A DNA stretch of 63,916 nucleotides, counting the filler, from Lenisia limosa (lineage: Eukaryota; Protista; Breviatea), in NCBI GenBank assembly GCA_001655205.1. It is 15 parts of 15 records of this genome, joined end to end, with 100 filler letters (N's around TTAATTAATTAA, not from the genome) between each part and the next. Parts side by side here need not be neighbours in the genome. Positions count along the whole stretch, not along the records: positions 18,918 to 25,720 come from LPNZ01009795.1; positions 25,821 to 27,321 come from LPNZ01001603.1; positions 27,422 to 28,452 come from LPNZ01001726.1; positions 28,553 to 29,873 come from LPNZ01000611.1; positions 29,974 to 33,597 come from LPNZ01003260.1; positions 33,698 to 45,323 come from LPNZ01004604.1; 9 more parts are not named here. One strand, written 5' to 3'. Under the pieces are notes generated by a model. The model was not told where the DNA came from. It ran no database searches and saw nothing but the letters and a program-made list of their open reading frames with translations. Made by a program: the position numbers and the translations under genes. Positions 21,810 through 35,213 of the stretch are shown here, piece after piece. Every line of letters begins with the position of its first letter. Position 1 is the stretch's first letter.

Positions 21810-24785
21810 TGACAGCCCAGGCCGGGCCCCTCTCTCCAGACCTCCTTCGACCTCCTCAAGGCCCGGGTTGTGAGTGAAGAGGTGGGGGGGGATATTAAGA
21901 GAGCGACGGGTAAAATGGGATATTGTAAGGAGAGAAAGGGTGATGAGGAGGAGGGGGGGNNNNNNNNNNNNNNNNNNNNNNNNNNNNNNNNNNNNNNNNN
22001 NNNNNNNNNNNNNNNNNNNNNNNNNNNNNNNNNNNNNNNNNNNNNNNNNNNNNNNNNNNNNNNNNNNNNNNNNNNNNNNNNNACCTTTATTTTTTGTTTC
22101 AATTATAATTACTCTTTCATTTTTCTTTATCGTTCCTGTTTTTTCAATATTTATTTTTCAATTTTTTTCCCTTATGCTATAGGCAAAGAAGCCTGAGAAG
22201 AACCCTTTCTTTTGGCTTTCTCAAAACGGGGATGGTGAGGGGGGGGGGGATGGATAAAGTCTCCATTGAAACTTGGATCATAAAGATAAAGTNNNNNNNN
22301 NNNNNNNNNNNNNNNNNNNNNNNNNNNNNNNNNNNNNNNNNNNNNNNNNNNNNNNNNNNNCAAAGTCTCCATTGAAACTTGGATCATAAAGACAAAGTCT
22401 CCATTGAAACTTGAATCATAAAGATAAAGTCTCCATTGAAACTTGGATCATAAAGATAAAGTCTCCATTGAACCTTGGATCATAAAGATAAAGTCTCCAT
22501 TTGAAACTTGGATCATAAAGATAAAGTCTCCATTGAAACTTGGATCATAAAGATAAAGTCTCCATTGAAACTTGGATCATAAAGATAAAGCGGAATGAAA
22601 GAACCATATTGCCATTACTCAACAAACCTGAGCCTTGTTGACACTGTCTCTTTGATCAATAGTTGCAATGTATCGTAAAGCACAGAATGTGAGACTCGAA
22701 TAGTAGGGGTCCTTCATCACCTCTAAAAGAAGGTAAAAACACTGGACGTGTCATCTTTGATTATTATATGTATCTCATATCCAATATATTATACTATACT
22801 TTTTTATGATATGTACACATATCGAAAGCTATAGCAATGAGAAATAAAAAAAACAAGGCTGTATCTGGCCAATGCCGTCCACATCATCACGCTTATAAGA
22901 GATATTGAATTAGAGTGTAATATTAATTCACCCATCATTTGTCTTAAAAACTCTGTGCACACAGCTTTCCTAAATCTTTTGCCTCCATTAAAACTAGGAT
23001 CATAAAGATAAAGTCTCTATTGAAACTAGGATCGTAAAGATCCGGCGTTTCCACGGTCTTTTGATTTTTAAAATGGTGATGGAGGTGGGGGGAGGTAAGT
23101 TTTTCTCATGGTGCTGCAGAAGCAACTGGCCCGGGTTTTGTGTGTGTGTGTTTTCTTTTTCTTTTTTAATCCCTACAAATTTCTCACCCCCTCACCAACA
23201 GAGCCCAGGCCGGCCAGTTCCAACCGCGTGGCCGCCAACACCCTCCGTCGCCTGCCCTGCATTAGCCCGGTCCGAGATATGGTAAGGGGGATTTATTTGA
23301 TGGGGGGAGGGTTATGTTATTTGGTGAGCGCGCGCGCGGCGTGGGGGTTATTTGATGTTTTTTTGGAGCTTTATTTTATAACTTTAAAGCAGGGTGCTTT
23401 TTCCTAGAATTTAACGAAGATTGTACAATCACAGCATTTGCTCTCTTCCTGTCAAACTGCTTTTATAATGGTAAACAAAAATCACGCAGGTTAGACTCAG
23501 TTTTGGGTATTATTTGTGGTTTACCCGAGTCAGTTTCTGGTGTGGCACTCTGCTTTAACTGTTAATATATCAATAAAGCAAAACAAAAACCCCTCCCCAT
23601 CACCACATGTGCAGCTTGCTGCCGAAAATAAGCCGGTATCACCACCAACGGAGCCCAGGCCGGTCAGCTCTAACTACGTGGCCGCCAACACCCTCCGCCG
23701 CCTGCCCTCCATCAGCCCGGTCCGGGATATGGTAAGGGGGATTTGTATATATTCAATGTTATGTTATTGGGTATTTAGTTAATGGGGGGGTATATATTTG
23801 TTGTCATATAGTACTACGTATATTTAGATATATTTATCGGTATTTTTCGGTATTTATCGGTATTACTCTGCCCTCAATCAGCTGGGGGGTCTAGGATATG
23901 GGGAATGGGGATCTGGTGTAAGTTAAGGTGTTCATCAAAAGCCTCGCCGCAGTTTCGGTAGTTCCTTTCTCATTCCATCTACATGTATTTTCATATCTAA
24001 TATATATATTGAATCATTTTTTGGTGAATTGCAAAAAAAATCTTCATTAAGAAAAACCAAACTCCTCTTTTTTTGAAGCAAGAAAAAACCTTCAGTTAAT
24101 CTTATTGAGATTAGAAGTTAAAAAAGGATGTATCTCATGGGTTATAAGTATCATATTTTTTCACCCAATCATTTGCCTAACAACTCTGTGCACACAGCTT
24201 TCTGCGTGCCTCCCGAGGATTACCTCGTCTAACCCTAATCCAGCCTTTTTCGGAGCATAAGTTGCAGCAGATGCCAGAGCCTCGCGCCGGATTCTTCATT
24301 CCCGAAGACAAAGAGCACCCGGGTACCCCGATATCGAGGCTGAGGAGCCCCCCAAGAATGTCCCCCCCTCTTCGAACCATCTCGCCGCCGGTCTTGGAGG
24401 AATGTGACCCTTCAGACCTTCCACAAAAGGCAACTGATAACATTCCTCTTTTGGTAACTTCCAAGCTTTCTAAGATCCACGAAGCTCAACCTGTCAAAAG
24501 TCCCAGCCAAAGAGGTATGTCTTAAAAGACGATTCACACTTTTTTCCTCTAATGATAACTTTTTCTCAAATTATTAATCAAAATTGACTTTGTAATATGA
24601 AATAAGGCTTCATTTCCGGTTTCAAATAAGAAATTAATATACTCAATATATCGATAATTTCATGAAATATTAAGTTTCTCAAAAAAAACAGCAGTTGTAA
24701 GGTGACTTTTTAGAGCCTTCACTTCGGACAAGAAGTCGAAGAAAGTGCCAACGGGACCCCCCAGTAGAGCCGACTCCAGAAATTT
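21810..24785 (+). CDS. Exons of an uncharacterised Pro/Ser/Arg-rich, probably disordered protein
   Basis: GC-rich GT-AG-bounded segments at about 21810-21864, 23200-23281, 23650-23730, 24268-24513 and 24732-24790. No family recognised. Confidence 0.4.
22255..22590. repeat. Minisatellite, 32-bp unit aaagtctccattgaaacttggatcataaagat
   Basis: At least 7 tandem units across an N gap, plus satellite copies near 22985-23040. Confidence 0.9.
22830..22970 (+). repeat. Family A repeat copy
   Basis: tatagcaatgagaaat...gtatctggccaatgccgtccacatcatcacgcttataagagatatt...ttcacccatcatttg...ctctgtgcacacagcttt. Confidence 0.8.
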
Positions 24786-25820
24786 CAGATGTTGGTCTTC
24801 CTTTTTAGGAATATTTTTCATTAAAGCAGAGAACTAAGGATTAAAGGTTTTATAATGTCATTATGAGTTTTTTTTTTTTTTTTTTCACTCGACTNNNNNN
24901 NNNNNNNNNNNNNNNNNNNNNNNNNNNNNNNNNNNNNNNNNNNNNNNNNNNNNNNNNNNNNNNNNNNNNNNNNNNNNNNNNNNNNNNNNCAACCTCTTCC
25001 TTTTTTTATACATGTTTTCCAAGTGTTGTCTGTTTTGTCTCCTCTTTCAAATATTTGATCCCACGAAAAGTTGGGGAGATGTGCAAGTAGGAGAAAACCA
25101 AAGGTAACCGAAACCGCATACACACAAAACAAACCGAGAGGTCGGCCTTCTTGACGCAAATCCTGAATAGTCAATTTAAGATTGTTGTTACAATGTAGAG
25201 TATAATATATATCATATAGCTACATATTGATAGTCTTTGTTGGCAAGATGGGCTTAATACAATTACTCAATTATACAATTTGAAAACCTTAACGTTATTT
25301 AAACTTGGCCAACAAACGGCGGTATGCTTTCAGAAAGGGCACAAGATGGCGGTACAAGTTGGCTCCAGCAGATTTGTTCAGGTTTTACCTTGACTGCTTT
25401 CCTTCACCTGATTCTCGGAATTCTTCCCTTACAACTGTCAAAACATACTCAATCCTCCTCTGTCGACTGATAAGACTCATCACTGTCGCTGTCAAAGTGC
25501 TCTTCTCTGACTTTATTGTCCCATTCATGCCTGTAAAAGTCAATTCATACTAAAACAAAAAACAGTCTTAGGTGGAACTTATTGTCATCCACGTGATCTT
25601 CTGTGTTATTTCAGAGATTTCTCCTTTTTGAATGATCTAGTTACCCCTACCAACACGCCTCATCCCCCAGATTGATTTGGGCTTTTTTTTATTTCATTGA
25701 TTTTCCAATTTTACTCCCATNNNNNNNNNNNNNNNNNNNNNNNNNNNNNNNNNNNNNNNNNNNNTTAATTAATTAANNNNNNNNNNNNNNNNNNNNNNNN
25801 NNNNNNNNNNNNNNNNNNNN

Positions 25821-27149
25821 CCTGGCAAGTTTGCAGCCGTTGTTCTTGCACTCAGTGGCCAAAACAGCACCTCTCTGTGAGTCCAAAGTGGTGCGGTAGT
25901 CGACACCGTTGTGCTTGGGGTCCCTGGGGTGAGGGAGTAAAAGGAAGCAAATTTCGATGAAGAATATTGGCGTAATCATGAACAGAATAATCATCTAAAA
26001 CTCCAAACACAAAAAGCAACGAAGAGAGCGAGAGGGAGAGAGGGAGGAGAAAGAGAGGGAGGGAGGAAACAGACAGGGAAGAGGAAGGGCACCAGAGAGA
26101 CATCCGCAAACCATTCGTTGACGGCCTTAACGACAGCGTATTTAGTGCGGTCGCCGGACTTGATGGCGCAATTCAGCTCGGTACGCGCAAGAACCTTGAT
26201 GTTGTCTCCGATGTCGAAAGAACGGTATTTGTAGCCGGTGGCAGCAACGTCCTGACCCTCGGCCTAAGGAATTATTGGGGGAAATGCTGGCTCGTACAAT
26301 GGGGNNNNNNNNNNNNNNNNNNNNNNNNNNNNNNNNNNNNNNNNNNNNNNNNNNNNNNNNNNNNNNNNNNNNNNNNNNNNNNNNNNNNNNNNNNNNNNNN
26401 NNNNNNNNNNNNNNNNNNNNNNNNNNNNNNNNNNNNNNNNNNNNNNNNNNNNCTTGTTGATAATCTAGGGGGTGAGAGAGAGGTGGTGGTGAGAGACACA
26501 AAACAACAGTTAAAACAGCAGAAAAGGTAATTATTAACCTCATCAGGGAACCCTGTCATACCTGTTGGGCGAACATCTGGTTGATGAAAGAGGCCTCAAC
26601 ACCAAGTTGGGCAGGGTGGTTGGGGTGGTTCTAAAGAGTGTGATGACGGTTACGGAAAAACAAATAATAACAATAACAATAATAATAAAAAAAAACCACG
26701 TGTCATATCGAAACTGTGTTGGAAAGGCAAATGCATAGCCCCCCCCCTCCCCTCCAAGAATCCTACCTTCTCTTCCTGGATGGCTTCGTTTCCGGTCTCA
26801 TTGGCAGTCAAAACGTCTAAACTGTGACGAACAAGGAGATGAATAGGAATAAAAATGAAAATACAGAAGAAAAATATGTGATGATGAATTGAAAAAGGAA
26901 AATAACCTTGCATACCAGCAGCGGAGTTATCACGTTTGTCGAAGAAGAGCTTTCCGTCGACCTATTATCGTAAATTCCTTGAACCCGCTTGGGATGACAA
27001 AGAAGGAACATGAAAGGGATACTGTGTGGGCCTCCAACATCGAAAGAAAATCCCAATATAAACGTTTGCCGAACCATATACCTTCTCAACAACAATATCC
27101 CAGGAGTACACGGACTTGGCCGCCGTCATAAGAATAGAGGCAATGGTGT
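25821..27149 (-). CDS. EIF3D: Eukaryotic translation initiation factor 3 subunit D (internal exons)
   Basis: Exons [82 protein letters not shown]...AVNEW and [29 protein letters not shown] are collinear with eIF3d. Confidence 0.95.
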
Positions 27150-27533
27150 CTGTAATAAATACCTAGGGGGTAAGTGAGCGGAGATAGATACTTGCCATCA
27201 AAGTCATTGTACCATTTCACCGACAAAGGAGTTCATCATCCAGATGGATAAAGCAAACATGCTAACCTAGCAACCTCATGTTCTACCCCCCACCCTCACC
27301 TGAGCAGCGTTCTCACGAGCGNNNNNNNNNNNNNNNNNNNNNNNNNNNNNNNNNNNNNNNNNNNNTTAATTAATTAANNNNNNNNNNNNNNNNNNNNNNN
27401 NNNNNNNNNNNNNNNNNNNNNTGTTGAAAAAAACAAAACAAACAAAACCCAGGCTGGGAGGGAGGGAGGGGGAGACTGTTCATCCTTCAGAACAGTTAAT
27501 GGATGGGTCATTTCATCATGTCATCATAATGTA

Positions 27534-27605
27534 CATGGGATAAGTCATGACCTATTTTCCTTGGGAAATTACACAGCAAATCGGTCAAGACTTATCCCGG
27601 TCGTG
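27534..27605. mobile_element. Family E MITE
   Basis: TA|catgggataagtcatgacc...ggtcaagacttatcccggtcgtg|TA. Confidence 0.65.
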
Positions 27606-27689
27606 TAGATGATAGGATATAACCCCTATCCTAAAGTTGTCGAGATATCAAATTGTTGAGCTCCAAAAAAAGCAAAATACACAAACACG

Positions 27690-28452
27690 TCATCCAAACC
27701 TGAGCTTTGGACTTCCGAAGCGATCGCAGAAACGGACTGAATGAGTTAATTCTACGTACATGCCTCCCCAACATGCAAATTATACGATATCAAGAAATAT
27801 TGCCAATCCTTTCCACTAAACATCTGAAAGTGCCAACTTCAGAGTCGAAATTACAAATTAAAAATATCCCCGCTTACTTGATCAAGTCTCTCAGTAAGGC
27901 TCTGGATGTCTCCTACTATTAAGGTGGTCTTCTCATTCCCCAGCTCCGGTTTCTCCTCCTCTTTCCTTTCCTTCTCATCCTCTTCTTTTTTCTTTGTCTC
28001 TTTCTCTTCCTTCTTCTTTTTCTCTGCCTCTTCCTTCTTCTTCTTTTCCTCTTCTTCTATCTTCTTTTTCTCTTCCTCTTCTTTTCTCTTCTCTTCTTCT
28101 TCTTCTTTCTTCTTCTTCTCTTCCTCTTCTTTTTTCTTCTTCTCTTCATCTTCTTTCTTCTTCTTCACTTCCTCTTCTTTTCTCTTCTTCACTTCCTCTT
28201 CTTTCTTCTTTTTCTCTTCCTCTTCTTTTCTCTTTTTCTCTTCCTCCTTTTTTCTCTTCCTCTCTTCCTCTTCTATCTTCTTCCTCGCTTCCTCCTCTTT
28301 CTTCTTCTCTTCTTCTTTCATTTTCTCTTCTTCTTTCATTTTCTCTTCCTCTTCCTTCTTCTTTTGCTCTTCCTCTTCTTGCTTCTTCCTTGCTTCCTCA
28401 ATTTTTCTCTTCTCTTCTACTTCCTTCTTTCTCTTCTCTTCCTCTTCTTTCT
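27690..28452 (-). CDS. Lys/Glu-rich low-complexity coiled-coil (charged single-alpha-helix-like) protein fragment
   Basis: Open frame KEEEKKKEEEARKK...EEKPELGNEKTTLI ending at a GT donor; a short downstream exon INSFSPFLRSLRKSKAQ. Confidence 0.55.
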
Positions 28453-28552
28453 NNNNNNNNNNNNNNNNNNNNNNNNNNNNNNNNNNNNNNNNNNNNTTAA
28501 TTAATTAANNNNNNNNNNNNNNNNNNNNNNNNNNNNNNNNNNNNNNNNNNNN

Positions 28553-29842
28553 GTCGGGCAGGGTGGTAGCCAGATTGAGAAGGCCCGACACCAGCGACTC
28601 TTTGAACTCTCTCCCGCCGTCCTCGTGCAGTAGCTGGGCCATGAACGTCGTGACTTTCCTATGGGGTGAGGGTTTTCAGTAAGCTCGATTTTTAAACTAG
28701 GCGCTAATCGACTTGAGCAAAGTAATCAGGGGTAGAAGATCCTTGGCGATAAGGCCTTTACCAACTTACTAACACCACCAAGAATGAAACACAACAACCC
28801 CCCGTAAGAGCACTCGGAGACCCCCTGTTACAAACGCGAACCTGGCTTTGGCGGGGAATTTGATGCAAAGACTGACCAACGCGTTGGCAATAATCACCTT
28901 GAAGTCCTCAGTGATATCTGGGGGAGGGGCAGGGGTGAAAAAAAGGAAACTTAGTACGACAGGGGACGCGGTAATACGCCAATGAAAATTATGAATCTGA
29001 AAACCCGACCATTAACTTGGTTCAATAACAAGATTCCCTCCAACCCGCTAGAATGGACGATAAGTTTCTGAGCAACCGGTCCAGTGAATCAGCGTTGCCA
29101 ATCTGTGACAGTGTTAATAGGGCGAAATACACCAAAATATGATATGATATACATTATATGATAAAACTCTCAAAAACACTCAACCATGCCTTTTACACTC
29201 CGCTTTCTTGGATGATAATATTGCAACCGTAAGAAGTGGCAAGATAACTTTACAGTCCGCAAACCTGGAGAAGAAGAGTGACGGCGAGAGAAGCGACCGT
29301 CTTGTTCTTGTCCCGGATGCAGACTTCAATTTTAGTATGGGGGAACCGGAGCTGGAAAGGTCAAAGAGGGGGGGAAGAATAATGAGCTACGAAACACCAC
29401 AGAAGAACAAATACCTTGTTGTCGAACTGGGCGGCTTGAATGAGAGTGCGCAGCGCTGCGAGCCTTAGAGACGACCTGTCATGGTTGAGAAGGCTGCCGG
29501 CTTGCTGGATGGCGAGCTCGAAGTGATTGGTCTTGATGGATTGCTGGGGGAGGGGGGTAAGTTTCTTGAAGACTCTTAACTTGCAATAAGCCGACCAAAA
29601 TGAGAAATTAACTCCGTTATACCATTTGTCTGCTATTTCCCATCATGACATACAGAAACACAAGCCCAACAAAAGCAACCCTTTATCGATACCTACACAT
29701 ATCATATGTCTGTTTTTAATCCCCAAGTCCAGCCAACCTTGAATGGAGTGGTGAAGAGGATCCGCGACGCCTCTGTGCTGAGAATAGGGGCGACAGATTG
29801 CGAAGACTCCAGAACGAACTTGCGGATGACGGACATGGGGGA
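28553..29842 (-). CDS. COPG: Coatomer subunit gamma (internal exons)
   Basis: SLRLAALRTL, DKNKTVASLAVTLLL, GNADSLDRLLRNLSS, ITEDFKVIIANALVSLCIKFPAK and FMAQLLHEDGGREFKESLV match the gamma-COP trunk. Confidence 0.9.
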
Positions 29843-30366
29843 CTTGGGGGTGGTGTCGCTAGGGTCCATTGACNNNNNNNNNNNNNNNNNNNNNNNNNNN
29901 NNNNNNNNNNNNNNNNNTTAATTAATTAANNNNNNNNNNNNNNNNNNNNNNNNNNNNNNNNNNNNNNNNNNNNAAGGAGAGTACAACTGCCGTTCGCTCC
30001 ATCCCCGGTTCATCCCTCCCTCACACACCAGGCGTCAGAAGGTTGAAGGGGGTCGTTTGTAATAGTAAGGGATGTGGGGTTGTCTTGTCAGGAGCTTCAA
30101 ATGAAGCAATCTGTCTTTATTCGGTCATTTCTTAGCATTTTGCATAAAGACAGCTATTTAAAATCAGTTTGCACCACCCTCATTCTCTTTATTGTGAGTT
30201 TACACTTCAGAACTTCAGCAGCTCCTTGCGTCCCCTCAGGTTTGTTCTAGAATGGCAATTATTAATAAGTTTAACATGTTCAAAAAGGTCACGTCAGTTT
30301 TGTTGACATACCTAAGAATAGCAAAAGTTTTTTATCCGCATGAAAGCATTATTGAGAATTAATCCG

Positions 30367-30957
30367 TAGCAGGAAGACCTTGCCATGTCCTCCCCCAACA
30401 TCATCCCCACAATGTCCCCAATGCCCATTTCCAGCCCCCTCCGCGATTCTATCAATCTCATGCCTATCATTGGGCCCCCTGGTTTGCTGGGAAGGGGGTT
30501 GTTGAGGGTCAATAAATCTTATAACCTGATATGGGCGTTAATCCGTTTTATTTGTGTAATGAGATTGGATTCAGCTATACTTTCAAAGTACTCCAGTATT
30601 GTACCAATAATTGATTATGTAGCAATGAGAAATAAAAAAAAACAAGGTTGTACCAGGCCGCATCAATATAGCCATCATCATTTAACTTTTTCAGAGTCCC
30701 AAAGTCCGCCTCTCATGATGGGTGAAAATATTNNNNNNNNNNNNNNNNNNNNNNNNNNNNNNNNNNNNNNNNNNNNNNNNNNNNNNNNNNNNNNNNNNNN
30801 NNNNNNNNNNNNNNNNNNNNNNNNNNNNNNNNNNNNNNNNNNNNNACTGTTCCCCCCGTGCTTACTCCGAAGGGTCCGAAGCCCCTCGATGGTGATGCTT
30901 GCCAATCTGGCCTCGGAACAGCTTTCGGGCTACAAGGAAAACGAAGACGATATGTGA
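30367..30957 (+). CDS. Pro/Ser-rich exon fragments, uncharacterised
   Basis: GT-AG-bounded segment QEDLAMSSPNIIPTMSPMPISSPLRDSINLMPIIGPP plus later short exons. Confidence 0.3.
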
Positions 30958-31395
30958 GGGAAGGTGTTGGTACTAACAGAGGGAGTAGTACTCTGATGTT
31001 TTTGGAAATACTGTTTCCTCATATACGAATCCATACATTCAATTGTCTTTTTGTTTTTGGGAATTTCTTGAACAGTGAGAGGAATCATGTTGACACACCA
31101 GAAACTGGAGAAATTTCTTCTAGGCTGGCTTCGTTTCCTGTTTCAATTTTTGGAAAATGTTTATTTTTTGTGTTGTATATTATTTTAGGTGATTGTCACG
31201 AATCTATTCCAATACATTCTAAGTCTATTAATCACTCTGCGTCATTCATTTGCCTTTTTTGTCCATAAGTATTTATTCGACAATACCGTACTTTTAAATT
31301 TTCAAAATCATCACATTGCATTCGAAAAACTCTACTTTTTTACAAAACACTTGAACCTGCTAACCTTAACCCATAACATACAAATGATACAAAAG

Positions 31396-33265
31396 CTATT
31401 TGTGCTCATAGTCCAGCAAAATGGCTTTGGTTGCCACCGAGCATGACATCCTTTTGGGAATATAACCCTGGTTGGGTTAAAACGAAGGGGAATAACAAAG
31501 TTGAGTTAAACTCTTTCGCAAGATTCTTGTCCTCCCACGAGTTTATTTGGCTCCGAAGTGGTTGCGCCGTATTTCAAAAGAAGGTCTAACCTAGAGGGTC
31601 AATATATAACAAGTGTAAACCAACACTGCTGTGAGATTCTTATCAACTGCTTGGTGTACTGCTGTGTTTTCCCTGAGGACAACGTATCGAGAAGCTTGAG
31701 TGTACTGACAGTGTCAATTGTCATAGCAACTGAATTCCAATCTCATAAAGTTACATTGTCCAAACCTCTTTGTAATCTCCATTGGCGTCAATTCCCGCCT
31801 CCAGCAACTTGCTCACTATTTCGGACACCACTCGAGGCTTCTAGAAATACAATTAGACCAATAGTTTTTGAAACAGTCAATAGTATATTGGACATCCAGT
31901 GAACACGATCTATTCGAGGAGGTTTCTATTAGTCACCTCAAAAAACACTCCAGCCCTTTGCTCACGATTAATTCCCTTGAAGAAACTGGATGGCCACAAC
32001 ATGCCGAATAAATGGGAGATTCGTGCTACAAATGGTTATTTGAAAAACACCAAAAAACACAAAAAAAAACAACTTTAACAGAGAAACTTTGTGAAGAAAG
32101 GCGAGATCACATACGAATATATCAGTAATAATGTCATCATTGAAGGTATAGCCTTGGCTTAGGAGCAAGGAGACAATGGAAACGTGCCCCCCGCGACATG
32201 CATGATGCATGGCTTCCCGTCCCTTGGATGGTCAACTCTGACAATCGATTGTATAAAATAATTTTTAGGTTTGTCAACACCAATTGGTCAATCTGAGATT
32301 TACAAGATTAGTAAATCACAGTATTATTGATACCAAAACACATGATATGTATCAGAACCGACATTCAGGTCTTTTGCTTTGATGTTGACACCTGAGTCAA
32401 CGAGAAACGCAGCACAAGCCAAGTTCCCAAACTGACAAGCTTCCATCAATAGTTGGTCCTATTATGTTATCTTTGCCCATGCTTCATCATTTTTTTAATT
32501 GAACAATTGAATTGTTATAAGATCATACTTTGAGACTTTCAGATGTTGACAAAGTTGATAACAAGGGAATCAGACTCCTTTATTGTAAGTTAAATGGTTT
32601 ACATCATTTCTCAATTTTGATTATGACTGATGCTGCCCCAGCTTAGTTACTAAGTATTTTGAAAATTTTTTGGAAAATAATACTACTTTGAACAATACCA
32701 CTTCCAATTGAGCATTAAGAACCATCATACGATGTTGAATGGCCTCCTTCTAAGTAGTTCGGGCTTTTGGGCTGAGTAGTGAGATATTGGAATGGGAAAT
32801 GTATTTTCGTTTTGTAAACCAAACGCGCCTTCTCTGAAATGTGTACAAACCTCAACAATAGGGGACCGCCAGTCCAGCCAGTCATTTGAGGCATTTGCTG
32901 CCATAATCATCTGGGATATGTCATAAGCTTTGTATTTGAGCAAAAAATACCAGACAATTTTTGACACTACCTAAGTTATTGAACCTAAAAATCTTAGATG
33001 TGGGAACCAATGTACATATTCATTGATGCTCCATTATCAGATCCAGGCCCACAAGAGCGTGTGTAATACCCGTCCCTGGCTTGTGTTCGGAGTTGGTATG
33101 CACCATTTCTCTGATATTGATGTTGACGTGTGAGTCATCCTCAACTTCCATTGTACTGAATGAAGGATTTGAGAAGGATTTCAGCATTAACTTCCTGATT
33201 GGTACAGATTGCAGCAATATACTCTTTGAAATATTCATTACGAGTTGTGATAGATGTACCCACAT
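31396..33265 (-). CDS. Ankyrin-repeat protein (multi-exon; N-terminus uncertain)
   Basis: DQLLMEACQFGNLACAAFLVDSGVNIKAKD, GREAMHHACRGGHVSIVSLLLSQG, EIVSKLLEAGIDAN, ENTAVHQAVDKN and LDLLLKYGA. Confidence 0.7.
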
Positions 33266-33697
33266 ACGTTTTGGCTTAATCTTCTGAGCAATAATGACTG
33301 GTTAGGAAACTTTGTTGTTACTGTGTTAATCCTGATAAAAAATCGTAAGTTGATTTTATTTTGTAACCTTCAGAAAATTGTACACCACAGGAAATTCAAA
33401 CCTTCCTCTTTGGGAAGGTCGAACGATCGGAGCTGCTGCTTGTACGCCAGCTTACGAGGAAAATGTCACGGTCATTTTTGGAAATGGAGAATGTAGGTAA
33501 CTTAAGCCCGGTGTGCTTTGTGGATGCTTCAATGCCTCGTCAATTTCAATATTTCCGGCCTATTTCTCACTGTCTCACGCTGCCACACCTTTTCACTNNN
33601 NNNNNNNNNNNNNNNNNNNNNNNNNNNNNNNNNNNNNNNNNTTAATTAATTAANNNNNNNNNNNNNNNNNNNNNNNNNNNNNNNNNNNNNNNNNNNN

Positions 33698-35213
33698 ATG
33701 GGTGGCGGAATGTTTGCCGGTGGTATGCCCCAGCTCAAGAAGACTGGAAACAGAGTGGGATGGGGAGTCCATCTGATATTATTATGGTTGATTGCTCTAA
33801 AACTCTGGCAGACTTATAGTGGCATTTAAGCATTTAAGCATGTTGTACAAAAAAAAGAAAACTTTTTTGTATTTATACAAAATGTGGGTCCTCAACACTC
33901 CGGACATCTTTCAACATTCACCTCACACATCAAAACTCCCGGACAGCTTGAAGTTGACACCTTGTATAGGCCAATGTTAACCTTATTCAGGCTAGAAAAA
34001 TTATCAAAACGTCAAATGGAAAACTGAGTGTTTTTTAAAAAACTGCTTCGACAGACACATAGAGAAATAGACCTCCTATGTTCCCCAACTTTTTTTTTCA
34101 ATTTGGAGCAAATATCAAAAATACCTGAATTTGTTCTCCCTGGGGTCCCCTTTTGCCTTTTCACCGGATTTTTTCTGAATCTTACCCTCTTTTAATGTTA
34201 AGATATAAAAATTTGCACCCGTCGGAGTAATTGGTTCCGGGTTCCCCTTTGCTTTGGCTATGTAATGGTGAATTTTGAGAGAAAAATGCTCAAAATGGTA
34301 CTGTCTACAAGAGTGAACTTTCCCGGATAGTTGCCATTTATTCCTTGAAGGCTTTTATACGGTTTTGCGTGTTTTTGACAGTATTTGGACTGTAAATAGA
34401 GAGCTTAGGGACTTAAATTGGTTTTGACCAAACATACAGTATATGAAGTAGGCGTTTTATCCTTTGATTAAGAGTGAAATTACTTTTGAAAACTAAAGGG
34501 AGATATTTATGATGTTTTTATATGGAAAATTCAAGTTTGATGTGCCGGTGAATTTTGAATGATGTCTGGAGCTTTGACTATACATATCGATATATAGTAT
34601 ATCCTTTTTGTGACTTGTTTTATTTGAATGAGGTATCTTGCTGTTAACGCTATACTGGTAACAAACACCCTTTTGAAATGAACCCTTGCCTGTTTTCTCC
34701 CAACCCTTACCCGCCAGCCCGGAGGCGGAAGCCCAGCCCCCGCAGCTTCATCCCCAAAACCCTCACCATTTGGAGGGCCCAAGCCAGGAGGAGCCAAGCC
34801 CTTCGGTGGTGCACCTAAACCTGCCCCCAAGCCCGTCCCCAAGCCTGTCCCTCGTGCTGCTCCCGCACCNNNNNNNNNNNNNNNNNNNNNNNNNNNNNNN
34901 NNNNNNNNNNNNNTAATGTAAGCTCATGTTGTTGCCATTTACCCATCATCTCACACTGCTACAGAGGTCAAGGCTCTCTATGACTATACTGCGAGCCAGT
35001 TTGATGAGCTTACGTTGAAGGAAGGAGACGTGGGAGATATGATGAACTGTTTTCCTCAAATCACATTATTTCAATTGTTGTGTTTTGACTTTACCTTTCA
35101 TCCGCCAGGTATTTGAGCTTGTGAAGAAAAGCGGCCCCTCGGACGGATGGTGGACCGGCAAGAAGGCTGGGAAGGAAGGCCTTTTCCCTGAGGCCTATGT
35201 AGAAATCGTTTAG
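33698..35213 (+). CDS. C-terminus of an actin-regulatory protein: WH2/verprolin-like motif, Gly/Pro/Ala-rich linker and C-terminal SH3 (myosin-I-tail-like)
   Basis: MFAGGMPQLKKTG; PKPSPFGGPKPGGAKPFGGAPKPAPKP; SH3 VKALYDYTASQFDELTLKEGD|VFELVKK...GWWTGKKAGKEGLFPEAYVEIV*. Confidence 0.8.

Noticed and set aside
22255-22590. Regular ~32-bp repeats resembling a CRISPR array
   Set aside because: Units are contiguous with no unique spacers, there are no cas genes, and the context is eukaryotic.
27906-28508. Long Phe/Ser- and Leu/Ser-rich plus-strand ORFs
   Set aside because: Antisense shadows of the Lys/Glu-rich repeat on the minus strand.
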